A stretch of 64,000 nt of DNA from Candidatus Babeliales bacterium (GTDB lineage Bacteria; Babelota; Babeliae; Babelales; JBFXEV01). The notes below the pieces were generated by a model, which saw only the letters and a program-made list of their open reading frames with translations, did no database searches and was not told the DNA's origin. This document shows positions 50,407-60,868 of this stretch, piece by piece; positions within the stretch are counted from its first letter, which is position 1, and every line of letters begins with the position of its first letter. The stretch is from NCBI GenBank assembly GCA_050179755.1, contig JBFXEV010000001.1, forward strand, positions 1,385,994 to 1,449,993, written 5' to 3'. Both the position numbers and the translations under genes were made by a program.

Positions 50407-52137
50407 CTAAATCTTAATATCCACACCAATCATTTCTACCGACACGCGGCCATTCCAATGATTTTCTGAAATTTTCACCGCAACATCAAATGTTTTATTA
50501 TTCATTTCAAGAAGGGACTCAAATAATTCAGGTCTATTAAAAAAGACAAGAGGTTTAATAACGCCACTTGCAAATACCTGACATTTTACATGCTGATCTT
50601 TCATAAGCGTTGGGGGCGAAACTTGTGTAACCTCACGCACATAGAATGTAGGCTCCACGTTACTATTACCAAACGGTTCTAAATGCCGCATATCAGCCAC
50701 CAACTTACCATTAAGTTCAGATAATTTAACCTCTGCATCAAGCTCGAGCTTTTGAACCAAATCTTCCGGTTTCAATTGCTCAATAATTAATTTTTCAAGG
50801 CGTCGTTTGAGTTCAGGCAAATTTTCAAGTGTTAACGCAAGTCCTGCGGCCATTGCATGACCACCAAAACTTTTGAGTAACTCTTTATTATCATGCAAAG
50901 CATCAAACATATTAAAGCCTGGAATTGATCGGCATGAGCCTTTCACCAGACCATCTTTTGTTGCATGAAACAATATAGTAGGTCTGCCATATTTACCTAC
51001 AATGCGTGAGGCTACCAGCCCAATAACACCCGGGGGCCACGAATGACTTGCTGCAATAATAATATTTTCATGCGCTAAATTTATTTTACCGCTTTCTACT
51101 TGCTGCACAATTTCTTGGTAAATGCCACGCTCAATTTCTTTGCGCGCTTGATTCAATTCAAAAAGCACTTTGCCAACTTGATTAACGTTGCCTTGATCAG
51201 AACCAATTAAAAACCGTACGCCATCACGCGCATCTTCAAGACGACCAAGTGCATTTAACTGTGGTGCAATAGAAAAACCAATATCAGAAGCATTAAGAAG
51301 CGATTTGGTTACATTGCCATTTTGTTTGAGCACTTTAAAAGCATAGCTTTCAACTTTATTAACATACTGCAACCCATACCGCACCCAATATCTATTTTCA
51401 CCAGTAAGCGGCACCACGTCTGCAATAGTGCCAAGCATCAACAACTCATATACTTTAGCCGGTAACGGCTTGCCCAATTTTTCATAAAGGAGTGAAAGTA
51501 TTTTAAAAGAAACACCCACACCCGCCAAATATTTATAGGGGTATGCACAATCGTTTTGATGAGGATTAATAATAGCAAAAGCTTCTGGCACGTGATCGTG
51601 AGGCCTATGGTGATCGGTGATCACCAAATCAATGCCCAATTTTTTGGCAAGCTCGGCTGCACCAAATGCTGTAATACCATTATCAACAGTGATGACCAAT
51701 TTATAACCATTTTGGTGCGCACGCTTAATTACTTTTTCAGAAAGTCCATACCCATCTTTCACCCGATGAGGCAAAAAGAAATTAATCTGTGCGCCCAATG
51801 GCATTAAGCACAACAGCATAAGTGATGATGACGTGATACCATCAACATCGTAGTCACCGCATATGAGAATTTTTTCTTTATTCTCAATTGCTTTAAGAAT
51901 ACGCTCAACTGCACGGCCTGCATCTTTTAAAAGAGCTGGATGCGGCACGTCACGCTCCAAAGAACTAAATAAAAAAGAATCGATTGCCTCTTCTGTGGTA
52001 AAGCCACGTGCTGCAAGTACTTGAGCCACAGGAACTGCCAAATTATATTTCATGGCAATCGCATGTATTGCTTCTTGATCGGCAGCAGGCAATTGCCAAA
52101 GATACTTTAAACCTTGTGCATAAGGTGCATGTTCCAT
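50407..52137 (-). CDS. recJ: Single-stranded DNA exonuclease RecJ
   Basis: GDYDVDG, DGYGL, ITVDNG, ITDHH, GTIADVVPL, GGHAMAAG. Confidence 0.96.
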   Translation of the reverse strand: MEHAPYAQGLKYLWQLPAADQEAIHAIAMKYNLAVPVAQVLAARGFTTEEAIDSFLFSSLERDVPHPALLKDAGRAVERILKAIENKEKILICGDYDVDGITSSSLMLLCLMPLGAQINFFLPHRVKDGYGLSEKVIKRAHQNGYKLVITVDNGITAFGAAELAKKLGIDLVITDHHRPHDHVPEAFAIINPHQNDCAYPYKYLAGVGVSFKILSLLYEKLGKPLPAKVYELLMLGTIADVVPLTGENRYWVRYGLQYVNKVESYAFKVLKQNGNVTKSLLNASDIGFSIAPQLNALGRLEDARDGVRFLIGSDQGNVNQVGKVLFELNQARKEIERGIYQEIVQQVESGKINLAHENIIIAASHSWPPGVIGLVASRIVGKYGRPTILFHATKDGLVKGSCRSIPGFNMFDALHDNKELLKSFGGHAMAAGLALTLENLPELKRRLEKLIIEQLKPEDLVQKLELDAEVKLSELNGKLVADMRHLEPFGNSNVEPTFYVREVTQVSPPTLMKDQHVKCQVFASGVIKPLVFFNRPELFESLLEMNNKTFDVAVKISENHWNGRVSVEMIGVDIKI

Positions 52138-52166
52138 TGCAAGTAAACTCCTAAAGCAACAAACGT

Positions 52167-53672
52167 TTATGATTCTTTTTTCTTAAGCGTAGGAAATAAA
52201 ATAACATCTTTGATTGATGTTGTGTTAGTCACAAGCATGGTCAAACGGTCAATACCAATGCCCACGCCCACCGTTGGCGGGAGTGCATGTTCAAGTGCTA
52301 ACACAAAGTCTGCATCATATTGATGCGCTTCTTCATCGCCAGCTGCATGAGCTTCTAATTGTTGCTTGAATCTGCCTGCCTGATCAATAGGATCATTAAG
52401 CTCATTAAATCCGTTGCTAATTTCCATACCACCAATAAATAATTCAAAGCGTGCAGCAATAGCTGGATTTTGAAAATCACGTTTTGAAAGTGGTGAAACT
52501 TCAATAGGATAATCTATTACAAACGTTGGTTGTATTAATTTACTTTCAACAAGCTCTTCAAAGATAGCATATATTTTTTCACTGAGAGTTGCTTTAGCAT
52601 GCGCTAGCGGAACCTCATGTTTTTTAATTGTTGCATCAATAGAACTTTCTGAGATATCTTTTGGAGTGAGATCAGTATATTTAAGTACTGCATCAGTCAC
52701 GCTAATGCGCTCAAATGGCTTTTCAAAATCAATAACATGCTCACCATATTGCACTTGAAGTTTACCAGAACCTTCACGCACAACAGTACGTAAAAGTTCT
52801 TCCACAAACCCCATAATATAATGATATTCCTGATGCGCCATATAAAACTCTAGCATTGTAAATTCAGGATTATGCCGTGTTGAAATACCTTCATTACGGA
52901 AATTACGGTTAATTTCATACACACGCTCAAGGCCGCCGACCACTAATCGCTTTAAGTATAATTCTGGCGCAATGCGTAAATAAAAGTTACTATCAAGCGC
53001 GTTGTGATGCGTAATGAAAGGGCGCGCAGCAGCACCACCGGCAATAGGATGCAACATTGGCGTTTCTACTTCAAGAAAATCGTGATCATTGAGATACTGA
53101 CGTATACTTTTGATGATGCGTGAGCGAGCGATAAACTTTGCACGGCTTTCTTCATTGCTGATTAAATCTAGATAGCGTTGGCGATATTTAGTTTCTGTAT
53201 CAGTAAGTCCATGGAACTTTTCAGGTAATGGATGTAAGCTTTTTGAAAGCAACGTAAAGTCCGTCACTTTTAAAGTAATTTCACCCATTTTAGTGCGAAA
53301 CGAAGTTCCTTTACACCATATAATATCACCAAGATCAATATAATGATCAAAAAGGTCATATGCTTTTTCACCAAGCACATCTTGACGAATGTAAAGTTGC
53401 ACACGGCCCGTGCGGTCTTGTATAGTTGCAAAGCTTGTTTTGCCGTGCTCCCGCTTTGCTACCACTCTGCCCGAAAGCAAATATTCACGAGATTCTTTTT
53501 CATCAGAAAATTCGGCAATCATTTGAGCGCACGTTGCATTCACCTCTTTTGCTGCCGGCCACGGCTCAATGCCCATAGCGCGCAGTTTCTTTACTTTCTC
53601 AACCCGCATTTCATGTTCTTGGCCACTATGCTCTTCATGCACTGGAGTTGTTGATTCTAATTTTTTTGTCAT
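52167..53672 (-). CDS. lysS: Lysine--tRNA ligase (class II)
   Basis: YRQRYLDL, GGAAARPFITHHN, LRIAPELYLKRL, FRNEG, HNPEFT, GIGIDRL. Confidence 0.97.
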   Translation of the reverse strand: MTKKLESTTPVHEEHSGQEHEMRVEKVKKLRAMGIEPWPAAKEVNATCAQMIAEFSDEKESREYLLSGRVVAKREHGKTSFATIQDRTGRVQLYIRQDVLGEKAYDLFDHYIDLGDIIWCKGTSFRTKMGEITLKVTDFTLLSKSLHPLPEKFHGLTDTETKYRQRYLDLISNEESRAKFIARSRIIKSIRQYLNDHDFLEVETPMLHPIAGGAAARPFITHHNALDSNFYLRIAPELYLKRLVVGGLERVYEINRNFRNEGISTRHNPEFTMLEFYMAHQEYHYIMGFVEELLRTVVREGSGKLQVQYGEHVIDFEKPFERISVTDAVLKYTDLTPKDISESSIDATIKKHEVPLAHAKATLSEKIYAIFEELVESKLIQPTFVIDYPIEVSPLSKRDFQNPAIAARFELFIGGMEISNGFNELNDPIDQAGRFKQQLEAHAAGDEEAHQYDADFVLALEHALPPTVGVGIGIDRLTMLVTNTTSIKDVILFPTLKKKES

Positions 53673-53892
53673 GGCTAATTTCTTTGTAGGTAAAATGAAA
53701 AATATAACATTTCCCCAGTATACCGTAAAATGGCTTAATTTAAACCAATCTATACCCAAAAAGTATCCCTGATTTGCATGTAATGCGCTAAAGCAAAGCC
53801 GACTTCAGCTAACATATACTTTCTATTTGTAATTATTCGTGTTATGGTATTCTTAACGTAGATTCATTTATAACGTAAAGCGGCACTCTAGT

Positions 53893-54036
53893 ATGCAAAT
53901 AGCCATTACTATTCAAAATCATGAACAGACAAACAGCATTTCTACTCGTGTGATTGACCGCGCCCTCTCTTTAGTTATCTCTAAACGTTCCCTTAAACAG
54001 CTTAAAAAAATATCTGCTGGGGAACTACTGCCTTAA
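53893..54036 (+). CDS. Putative 47-aa attenuator leader peptide
   Basis: MQIAITIQNHEQTNSISTRVIDRALSLVISKRSLKQLKKISAGELLP*; its 3' end contains the antiterminator strand. Confidence 0.5.
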   Translation: MQIAITIQNHEQTNSISTRVIDRALSLVISKRSLKQLKKISAGELLP

Positions 54037-54098
54037 AACCATAACTATGTAATCACAAAGTAACCCCAGCACAACCAAACGCTGGGGTTTTTGTTTTT
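54015..54098 (+). promoter_or_regulatory. Terminator/antiterminator (attenuator)
   Basis: AACCCCAGC…GCTGGGGTT-TTTGTTTTT terminator; TGCTGGGG (54015-22) can pair with CCCCAGCA (54064-71). Confidence 0.65.
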
Positions 54099-54118
54099 AC
54101 CAGCATAAAGGAAAAATC

Positions 54119-54324
54119 ATGAAATATTATAAGCGAAACTAATCAAAATAATATATTGGTAAATAAATAGTTAACAGGTTCACACTGATTATCAAAGTAA
54201 TGAAATCAAAAACTTGCGCGAGGCAATGCGCAGCATTCATAGCTCGGGAGGCTATAGAGCGTTTTTTACAGGATTAACCCCACGCGCATACTATAAACGA
54301 TCTTCAATGATACTTATAATGTAA
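54119..54324 (+). pseudogene. Remnant of a mitochondrial-carrier (SLC25)-like gene
   Basis: AAGGA RBS and ATG 54119 with early stop; 54175-54324 reads QVHTDYQSNEIKNLREAMRSIHSSGGYRAFFTGLTPR. Confidence 0.55.
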
Positions 54325-54343
54325 TGCAAAATGGAGCTTATTT

Positions 54344-54383
54344 ATGTAAGCATTGCAAGGTGGCGCACATGCAATGCTTACAT
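54344..54383. terminator. Hairpin downstream of sod
   Basis: 14-bp perfect stem ATGTAAGCATTGCA/TGCAATGCTTACAT. Confidence 0.6.
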
Positions 54384-54419
54384 TCAAATCGAATGATACG
54401 TTTATGAAAATCTAAAATA

Positions 54420-55031
54420 TTAGCCAACAAGCATAGTATACCGCTCTTCAACATACTCCCAATCAACGACATGCCACCATGCAGAGATATAATCAGGGCG
54501 TCTATTTTGGTATTTCAAATAGTAAGCATGCTCCCACACGTCAAGACCCATGATCGGTTTTAGGCCTTGCATAACGGGCGTATCTTGATTTGGCGTAGAA
54601 CTCACCACTAAATCACCATTTTTGTCAAGTGATAACCATGCCCAACCACTGCCAAATCGTGTTTTGGCCTCATTATTAAACTTTTCCTGAAATGCTTCAA
54701 ATGTGCCAAACTTTTTCTTAATTGCATCTACAGCTTTGCCTTTTGGCTTGCCTCCATTAGGGCTCATAAGCAACCAAAATACATCATGGTTATACGTGCC
54801 TCCACCATTATTACGCACGGCAGTGCGAATATCTTCGGGGACTGCATCTAAGTTTGAAATTAAATCAACCAGTGATTTTTTTTGTAACTCAGGATGTTTT
54901 TCCAGAGCAGCATTTAGTTCATCAACATATTTTTTATGATGTTTATCATGATGAATTTCCATCGTTTGCGCATCAATGTATGGTTCAAGTGCTCCAAAAT
55001 CATAAGGGAGCGGTGGTAATTTAAATGCCAT
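54420..55031 (-). CDS. sodA: Fe/Mn superoxide dismutase
   Basis: [43 protein letters not shown]. Confidence 0.93.
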   Translation of the reverse strand: MAFKLPPLPYDFGALEPYIDAQTMEIHHDKHHKKYVDELNAALEKHPELQKKSLVDLISNLDAVPEDIRTAVRNNGGGTYNHDVFWLLMSPNGGKPKGKAVDAIKKKFGTFEAFQEKFNNEAKTRFGSGWAWLSLDKNGDLVVSSTPNQDTPVMQGLKPIMGLDVWEHAYYLKYQNRRPDYISAWWHVVDWEYVEERYTMLVG

Positions 55032-55042
55032 GTTAGGTTCCT

Positions 55043-55327
55043 TTAGTTATTCAAGTAATAGACAATATCATCCGTATGAGCCATTTGTAATTGCTCACGC
55101 GCTTTTTTTTCTTTGTAAAAGTCATTTGTTTGCCACAATGCAATTTGCAACTCTAATTTTTTTGCTTCTGCTCGCAAAGCATCTACCTCTAAAGCAAGTT
55201 GTTCATTTTCTGCTTTAATACAAGCAAGCGAGCGCATGCCCTGGGCTCCGAATATATAGAAAAATGAAAATACTACCAATTCTGTTACAAAAAATATACG
55301 CAACACTATGCGCTTCATCTTTTTCAT
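55043..55327 (-). CDS. ftsB: Septum formation initiator FtsB/DivIC
   Basis: TM, FG.QG, coiled coil, [10 protein letters not shown]….IVY. Confidence 0.85.
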   Translation of the reverse strand: MKKMKRIVLRIFFVTELVVFSFFYIFGAQGMRSLACIKAENEQLALEVDALRAEAKKLELQIALWQTNDFYKEKKAREQLQMAHTDDIVYYLNN

Positions 55328-55491
55328 TATCACCTCTTTTACTCATGTTTTGCGTCATTTAATCTCTCTTTTTGTAATACCATATAAGACTGGCACGCGT
55401 CAAGCAAACAGTAATTGACATTCTCTTGACCTTCATGCTCCGCATTAAGTAGAATAATGCCGGAATAAGTTGGTTAAAAAAAAGGAATCCC

Positions 55492-56946
55492 ATGCGCAAA
55501 CTAGCACTCCTTATCTTTATAGCACAAGCATTCTCACTGATGGCAAATACACAAACAGACAAACAACCATACCAAGAGAAATATGATCAAGGCGTATTCT
55601 CATTTTCAAAAACATTTGCCGAAGCAATTCATTATATTAAAACAAAATATTACCAAGAAATTAACCCAGAAAAAGCTATGCTTGAAGCAATTAATGCATT
55701 TGTAAGCCAAGATCCGCATTCGAGCTTGCTTGACCCAGAAGCATACAAAGAAATTTTAAAAACAACTAAGGGCGAGTTCTATGGTATTGGCGTAATCATT
55801 GATAGTCTTAAAGAACCAAAAGCTGAATACTTAAGTGTGATTGATACCATACCCGGTGGTCCTGCCGATCAGGCAGGATTACTGCCTGATGATAAAATAG
55901 TGCAAATAAATGAGGAATCACTCAAAGGAATGTCGGTTGATGAAGCAATAGCTAAAATAAAAGGTGAGCGTAATACTCCGGTGCACATTAAGATCTTGCG
56001 CAAAGGTGAACCTAAAATGATGCCATTCACCATTATGCGTGATGTTGTTAAGGATCACAATGCAACGTGTTTTTACTTTAAAGAACATAACGTGCTTTAT
56101 CTTGCCCTGAGCATGTTTACGCGCAATGCCATCAAACAACTTGAGCAACTCCTTAAAAAAAGTCAGCAAATAAAAGCACGTGGTTTTATCTTAGACTTGC
56201 GCAGCAACTCGGGTGGCCTTCTTGACTCTGCGGTAGACATTGCAAGTCTCTTTTTACCAGCCAATTCGGTGGTAGTCACTACCAAGGATCGTAGCGGCAA
56301 AGTACAACAATCCTATTCTACATCGGGCACTCCTATTGCAAACTCAAAAATTCCTATATTTGTGCTTGTAAATAATTATACTGCCTCAGCTGCTGAAATT
56401 TTAGCAGGAGCATTGCGCTCACATGCCTCTAATAACTTGCCCGTCTTTATTGTTGGTACTAAAACATTTGGTAAAGGATCAGTACAAGAAGTAATACCAT
56501 TAAGCAATGATAGTGCCCTAAAAATAACCACCGCACTCTATTACCTGCCAAATGACACCACTGTCCAAGGTAAAGGAATTACACCTGATTTTGAGATTGA
56601 GCCTAAAATGCCACCTACTGAAGAACTAAAATGGTTCAAACAGTTCTTTGGCCATGAAAGCTCGCTCAAAAACAGCATAAAGCCAAATGGCAAAGATGAG
56701 AAAAAAGAACCTGAGGACAAAAAAGAAGACAATGACTCAGAAAAGCACAAAACCTGGCAAGAACGTAAAAAAGAGCGTTTAGGCCAAGATTTTCAATTAC
56801 TATCTACCCTGCGCCTGCTTGAAATGCTTGATTTAAGCTATAAAGCGTATCCCAAAGACGTAAGCACTCATGAAAAGGCAGTAGAATTCCTTAAAAAGAG
56901 ATTCAATCCAAGCGACAAGCTTGAAATGGAAGAAATCACAATATAA
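55492..56946 (+). CDS. ctpA: S41 carboxyl-terminal processing protease
   Basis: DPHS, GEFYGIG PDZ, LDLRSNSGG, TASAAEI, TFGKGSVQ. Confidence 0.92.
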   Translation: MRKLALLIFIAQAFSLMANTQTDKQPYQEKYDQGVFSFSKTFAEAIHYIKTKYYQEINPEKAMLEAINAFVSQDPHSSLLDPEAYKEILKTTKGEFYGIGVIIDSLKEPKAEYLSVIDTIPGGPADQAGLLPDDKIVQINEESLKGMSVDEAIAKIKGERNTPVHIKILRKGEPKMMPFTIMRDVVKDHNATCFYFKEHNVLYLALSMFTRNAIKQLEQLLKKSQQIKARGFILDLRSNSGGLLDSAVDIASLFLPANSVVVTTKDRSGKVQQSYSTSGTPIANSKIPIFVLVNNYTASAAEILAGALRSHASNNLPVFIVGTKTFGKGSVQEVIPLSNDSALKITTALYYLPNDTTVQGKGITPDFEIEPKMPPTEELKWFKQFFGHESSLKNSIKPNGKDEKKEPEDKKEDNDSEKHKTWQERKKERLGQDFQLLSTLRLLEMLDLSYKAYPKDVSTHEKAVEFLKKRFNPSDKLEMEEITI

Positions 56947-56957
56947 TTAAAGTATAC

Positions 56958-57002
56958 AATCAAGCTACTCTTGACATTACTGTGTGATAGAGTAGCTTGA
57001 TT
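56958..57002. terminator. Hairpin/terminator after ctpA
   Basis: AATCAAGCTACTC/GAGTAGCTTGATT 13-bp stem. Confidence 0.65.
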
Positions 57003-57047
57003 GTTATATATTCAAAAAACCTTTGATATAAGGCACGTTGGAATCAT

Positions 57048-57191
57048 ATGACTAAAAAATCAAAATGTCGCATTAGAACTACCGTTATTTCTGGGGCCTG
57101 TTTCCTCTTTATTTTTATGCTCACCTGCCACGAAGAGGCAGAGCAACAACAAGACAGTTCAGAAATGGTGGTTACCGAAAATCTCAGATAG
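57048..57191 (+). CDS. Possible 47-aa small membrane/exported protein
   Basis: MTKKSKCRIRTTVISGACFLFIFMLTCHEEAEQQQDSSEMVVTENLR*: basic, then hydrophobic, then acidic. Confidence 0.3.
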   Translation: MTKKSKCRIRTTVISGACFLFIFMLTCHEEAEQQQDSSEMVVTENLR

Positions 57192-58467
57192 ATTCAAACA
57201 CAAAATTCAAACTGTCTTTACACTCTCTAAAGCGATTCATAAGATCAGCATGATCGTGGCCGCCAATATTAATGATAGCATAGCGATAACTTGCCGTGTC
57301 TTGGTCTTGTTCGTGCAAACAAGAACCTTCCACCGCGTACAACTCTATACGTATATCGGGAGATGATCTTTGAATTTCATGAAGCTCATGTGGCGTTGGC
57401 GTCTTTTTTACACGCTTATTTTCAAAGGTGCGCAATACACAACTTGCCGCCCGAGCATATGCACCCTGCCCTTTTTTAAAGATCGGCTCATGACCCGCTG
57501 CAATATCAAGCATTATCTGATACCCATTAATACCATCTACTTTTTCATATAGATCAGCAAATTGATGCGCCATACGTGGATTAATTTCAATGATTGAGAT
57601 CAAATCTTTTTCTTTATCATAGATAAACTCAATGTTAAACATAGTGTTATCAAGACCGATCCCTTTTATCAATCTATATGTTATATCTTCCAACCGATTA
57701 ATCACCTTTGGTGATAATGCTGTTGGATATTCAAATCTCTCAAAACTTTGAGTGCCAGGATACATAATAGAGTCAGTAATCCCCATAATATGACATGCAC
57801 CATTAAATACATATCCTTCAAGCGTTACTTGATCACCCGTAAGCACTCCTTCAACAATCATATAATTACCATTATGTTCATGTTTTGTATACTGCGCTAA
57901 CAAATAATTAAATGGTTCTATAAAATGACGTGGTACGTGCTTTTTTTTAAGAATATTTAAAAGATGATCGTCTGTTGCTACGTGATATGCACCCATGGAA
58001 AGATATGACTTTACTGGCTTAATAAAAAACGGATAGTCAAATTGCAGCTTCTTTTGCGCTTGAACATCACATGCAATAATATCAAACGATGGTACTGCTT
58101 CCGGCACATATTGTTGCTGCAATATACGAGAATAATATTTATGATGAATAGAAAGTAATACTGCCAAATCAGGCGCAACTAAACCTGCATGCTGCGCAAT
58201 GCATACGCTCAATGGATTAGTTGGATAATCATTTGAATACCCAATACCCGCAATGTTTTTCCTTTTGCATAATGCCACTCGCTCAGTAATACTTTTCTCT
58301 AGCAGATCGTGAACTGCTTGCGCTGACGGCGCCATACTGATTGCATGTTCAAGATTGCCGCGAGTGCATGCATCAAACACAATGGTATACGGTAATTTTT
58401 GCTCAAGTAATGTAAGTTCGCGTATATCACGCGCAGAAGGATACGGAATAAATATCTTTTTTTTCAC
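57184..58467 (-). CDS. ATP-grasp domain protein (amino-acid ligase-like)
   Basis: HHKYYSR, YPFFIKPVKS..S.GA, IVEG.L.G.Q.T.EG, NIEF, IIEINPR. Confidence 0.85.
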   Translation of the reverse strand: MKKKIFIPYPSARDIRELTLLEQKLPYTIVFDACTRGNLEHAISMAPSAQAVHDLLEKSITERVALCKRKNIAGIGYSNDYPTNPLSVCIAQHAGLVAPDLAVLLSIHHKYYSRILQQQYVPEAVPSFDIIACDVQAQKKLQFDYPFFIKPVKSYLSMGAYHVATDDHLLNILKKKHVPRHFIEPFNYLLAQYTKHEHNGNYMIVEGVLTGDQVTLEGYVFNGACHIMGITDSIMYPGTQSFERFEYPTALSPKVINRLEDITYRLIKGIGLDNTMFNIEFIYDKEKDLISIIEINPRMAHQFADLYEKVDGINGYQIMLDIAAGHEPIFKKGQGAYARAASCVLRTFENKRVKKTPTPHELHEIQRSSPDIRIELYAVEGSCLHEQDQDTASYRYAIINIGGHDHADLMNRFRECKDSLNFVFESI

Positions 58468-58519
58468 AACGCTCCTTAAAATAAAGTAACTACTTTAAGG
58501 ATAACGCATCTACAAAAAG

Positions 58520-60361
58520 TTATTCAACAGTCACTGATTTTGCCAAGTTTCTCGGCTTATCAATCGGACAACCAAGTTCTTTTGCAATTTGATACACAAA
58601 GAACTGCATAACGCTCGTCATCACAAGCGGCGCAAGTAATGCATGCACACGCGGTAATACTATCACGCAATCTGCAAGGCCAATCAATTCATCTTGCCCT
58701 TCAAACGCAAATGCTACAATATGCCCTTTACGCGCTTTTACTTCTTGCGCGTTTGATAACAACTTTTGATAAATAAGATCATCAAGTGATGAAAAAATAA
58801 AGATGGGAGTTTCTTCATCCACAAGCGCTATCGGGCCGTGCTTTAATTCGCCAGCAGGATAACACTGTGAAAAAAGATAAGAAATTTCTTTTAATTTAAG
58901 CGATGCTTCCAGCGCAAAGGGATAACTAATATGCCGACCTAAAAAGATAAAGCGTTTATATTGTGCATAACGTGGTGCATAATCGGTAATAATCTGGTGT
59001 TTATATTGTTCAATACTGTTTTCCATAAGCTCACTACACATAATCAATTGTTCAAGAGCTTGCGTCATCTGAACTTCAGTGATCAATTTTTTTTCAACTG
59101 CAATGCGATGACTTAACCAAAATAATGCAGCAAGTTGTGTGGAAAAGGCTTTAGTTGATGCTACGGCAATTTCTTGCCCTGCTTTAGTAAATAATGCACC
59201 ATCTGTTTCCCGCACCATAGAACTTGTTGCCACATTCGTGAGCACTGCAGTAGGCAACTTATATTCTTTAATTTTTCTGAGCACTTGCAACGTATCAGCC
59301 GTTTCACCCGATTGCGATATGGCAAGATAGAGCGATTTACCTTTAGCAAAAAAAGGCATATAACAATATTCAGATGAAAGCGCAACACTGACAGGCAGAT
59401 TGCACACCGATTCAAAAAAAAACTGTGCAATGCGGCCAGCATTCCATGATGTGCCACTGCCTATAAAATGCAATGATTCAAGCTCTTGTATAAACTGCGC
59501 CGTTACACCAAGTTGTTGCCAAATACTATCGGTGCGTGCTTCAAGGTCAGCAATAGTATCGCGAATAGCTCGTTTTTGCTCATAAATCTCTTTGAGCATG
59601 TAATGCTCATACCCCGCTTTGGAGCCGGTATCTGGCATTTTTTCAATTTCTGTCACAGGAATATAAAGAGATTTGCCCTGAAAGTCATACACTTCAAACG
59701 TATCTTTATGCACAATCGCAAACGATTTTTCTGGCAAATAAGCAACCCGGTGCGTATAATCAGCAAATGCAAATATATCTGAAGCAACATATGTTTGCTC
59801 ATTATCCATGCCCACACACAATGGCGAACCTTTGCGCACTGCCACTATAGTATCAGGATGTTGCTGTGCAATAGCCACAAAGGCGTATGCACCTTCAAGT
59901 TGCTGTGCAACTTCGCATACTGCTTTGACTATATCAGTATGCTCACTTAAGGCAGCCTCATAAAGATGTGCAATAAGCTCTGTATCAGTTTGGGAAATAA
60001 TTTTATGGGTAGAGCGCAATTGCTCACGTAAATGATGATGATTTTCAATAATGCCATTATGCACCACACAAATTGAATGCGTGCAATCAACATGCGGGTG
60101 AGCATTTTGCTCTGTTGCAGGCCCGTGGGTTGCCCAACGCGTATGGCCAATGCCTACCGAACCATCAATAGGAGTTGTGGAAACTTTTTCATATAAATTA
60201 GAAAGTGCGCCAGCTGCCCGTACAAGTTGCAAGGAGTTACTTGATTGATCCAGGCAAGCAAACCCTGCCGAATCATAGCCTCGATATTCAAGACGCTCAA
60301 GACCCTTAAGAACAATTGCGCGCGCTAACTTGTTACCAATGTAACCAACCACACTGCACAT
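58520..60361 (-). CDS. glmS: Glutamine--fructose-6-phosphate aminotransferase
   Basis: N-terminal Cys, LEYRGYDSAG, GHTRWATHG, SQSGETADT, ELKHGP, PRNLAKSVTVE. Confidence 0.97.
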   Translation of the reverse strand: MCSVVGYIGNKLARAIVLKGLERLEYRGYDSAGFACLDQSSNSLQLVRAAGALSNLYEKVSTTPIDGSVGIGHTRWATHGPATEQNAHPHVDCTHSICVVHNGIIENHHHLREQLRSTHKIISQTDTELIAHLYEAALSEHTDIVKAVCEVAQQLEGAYAFVAIAQQHPDTIVAVRKGSPLCVGMDNEQTYVASDIFAFADYTHRVAYLPEKSFAIVHKDTFEVYDFQGKSLYIPVTEIEKMPDTGSKAGYEHYMLKEIYEQKRAIRDTIADLEARTDSIWQQLGVTAQFIQELESLHFIGSGTSWNAGRIAQFFFESVCNLPVSVALSSEYCYMPFFAKGKSLYLAISQSGETADTLQVLRKIKEYKLPTAVLTNVATSSMVRETDGALFTKAGQEIAVASTKAFSTQLAALFWLSHRIAVEKKLITEVQMTQALEQLIMCSELMENSIEQYKHQIITDYAPRYAQYKRFIFLGRHISYPFALEASLKLKEISYLFSQCYPAGELKHGPIALVDEETPIFIFSSLDDLIYQKLLSNAQEVKARKGHIVAFAFEGQDELIGLADCVIVLPRVHALLAPLVMTSVMQFFVYQIAKELGCPIDKPRNLAKSVTVE

Positions 60362-60394
60362 ATGCTCTCCTTTAGGCAGCTTAGCAGTTCTAAT

Positions 60395-60868
60395 TTATCG
60401 TTTAACGAATTGGAATTTACGACGTGCACCACGTTGACCGTATTTTTTACGCTCTTTCAAGCGAGAATCAACAGTCAAGAAACCATGTTGGCGCAATGGC
60501 GAACGTAATGCTTCATCAAATGCAACGAGTGCACGAGCAATACCAAGCTTGGTTGCACCAGCTTGAGAATGCAAACCGCCACCTTCTACATTTGCATAGG
60601 CATCATAATGTGAAACATTCGGGATTACAAGAAGTGGGCTTAATGCTTCTAACCGAGAAAGATCGGTATCAAAATAAGCGCTGTGAGTTTTGCCATTAAC
60701 TACTACTTTTCCGCTTCCTTTACGGAGCCAAACACGCGCAACAGACGATTTACGCCGACCTACTCCATGAGAGAGTGGGACTGACGTTGGTTTCTTAGCC
60801 TTTGGTGCTTTTGCCTTAGTGGCTGTCGCTGGAGCAGCTTTTTGTGTAGCTTTGCGTTCGGTTGCCAT
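60395..60868 (-). CDS. rpsI: 30S ribosomal protein S9 with Ala/Lys-rich N-terminal extension
   Basis: GRRKSSVARV, GGG..SQAGA, ERKKYG..GARRKFQFVKR. Confidence 0.96.
   Translation of the reverse strand: MATERKATQKAAPATATKAKAPKAKKPTSVPLSHGVGRRKSSVARVWLRKGSGKVVVNGKTHSAYFDTDLSRLEALSPLLVIPNVSHYDAYANVEGGGLHSQAGATKLGIARALVAFDEALRSPLRQHGFLTVDSRLKERKKYGQRGARRKFQFVKR

Noticed and set aside
60362..60394. glmS ribozyme
   Set aside because: Only 33 nt separate rpsI and glmS, which is too short
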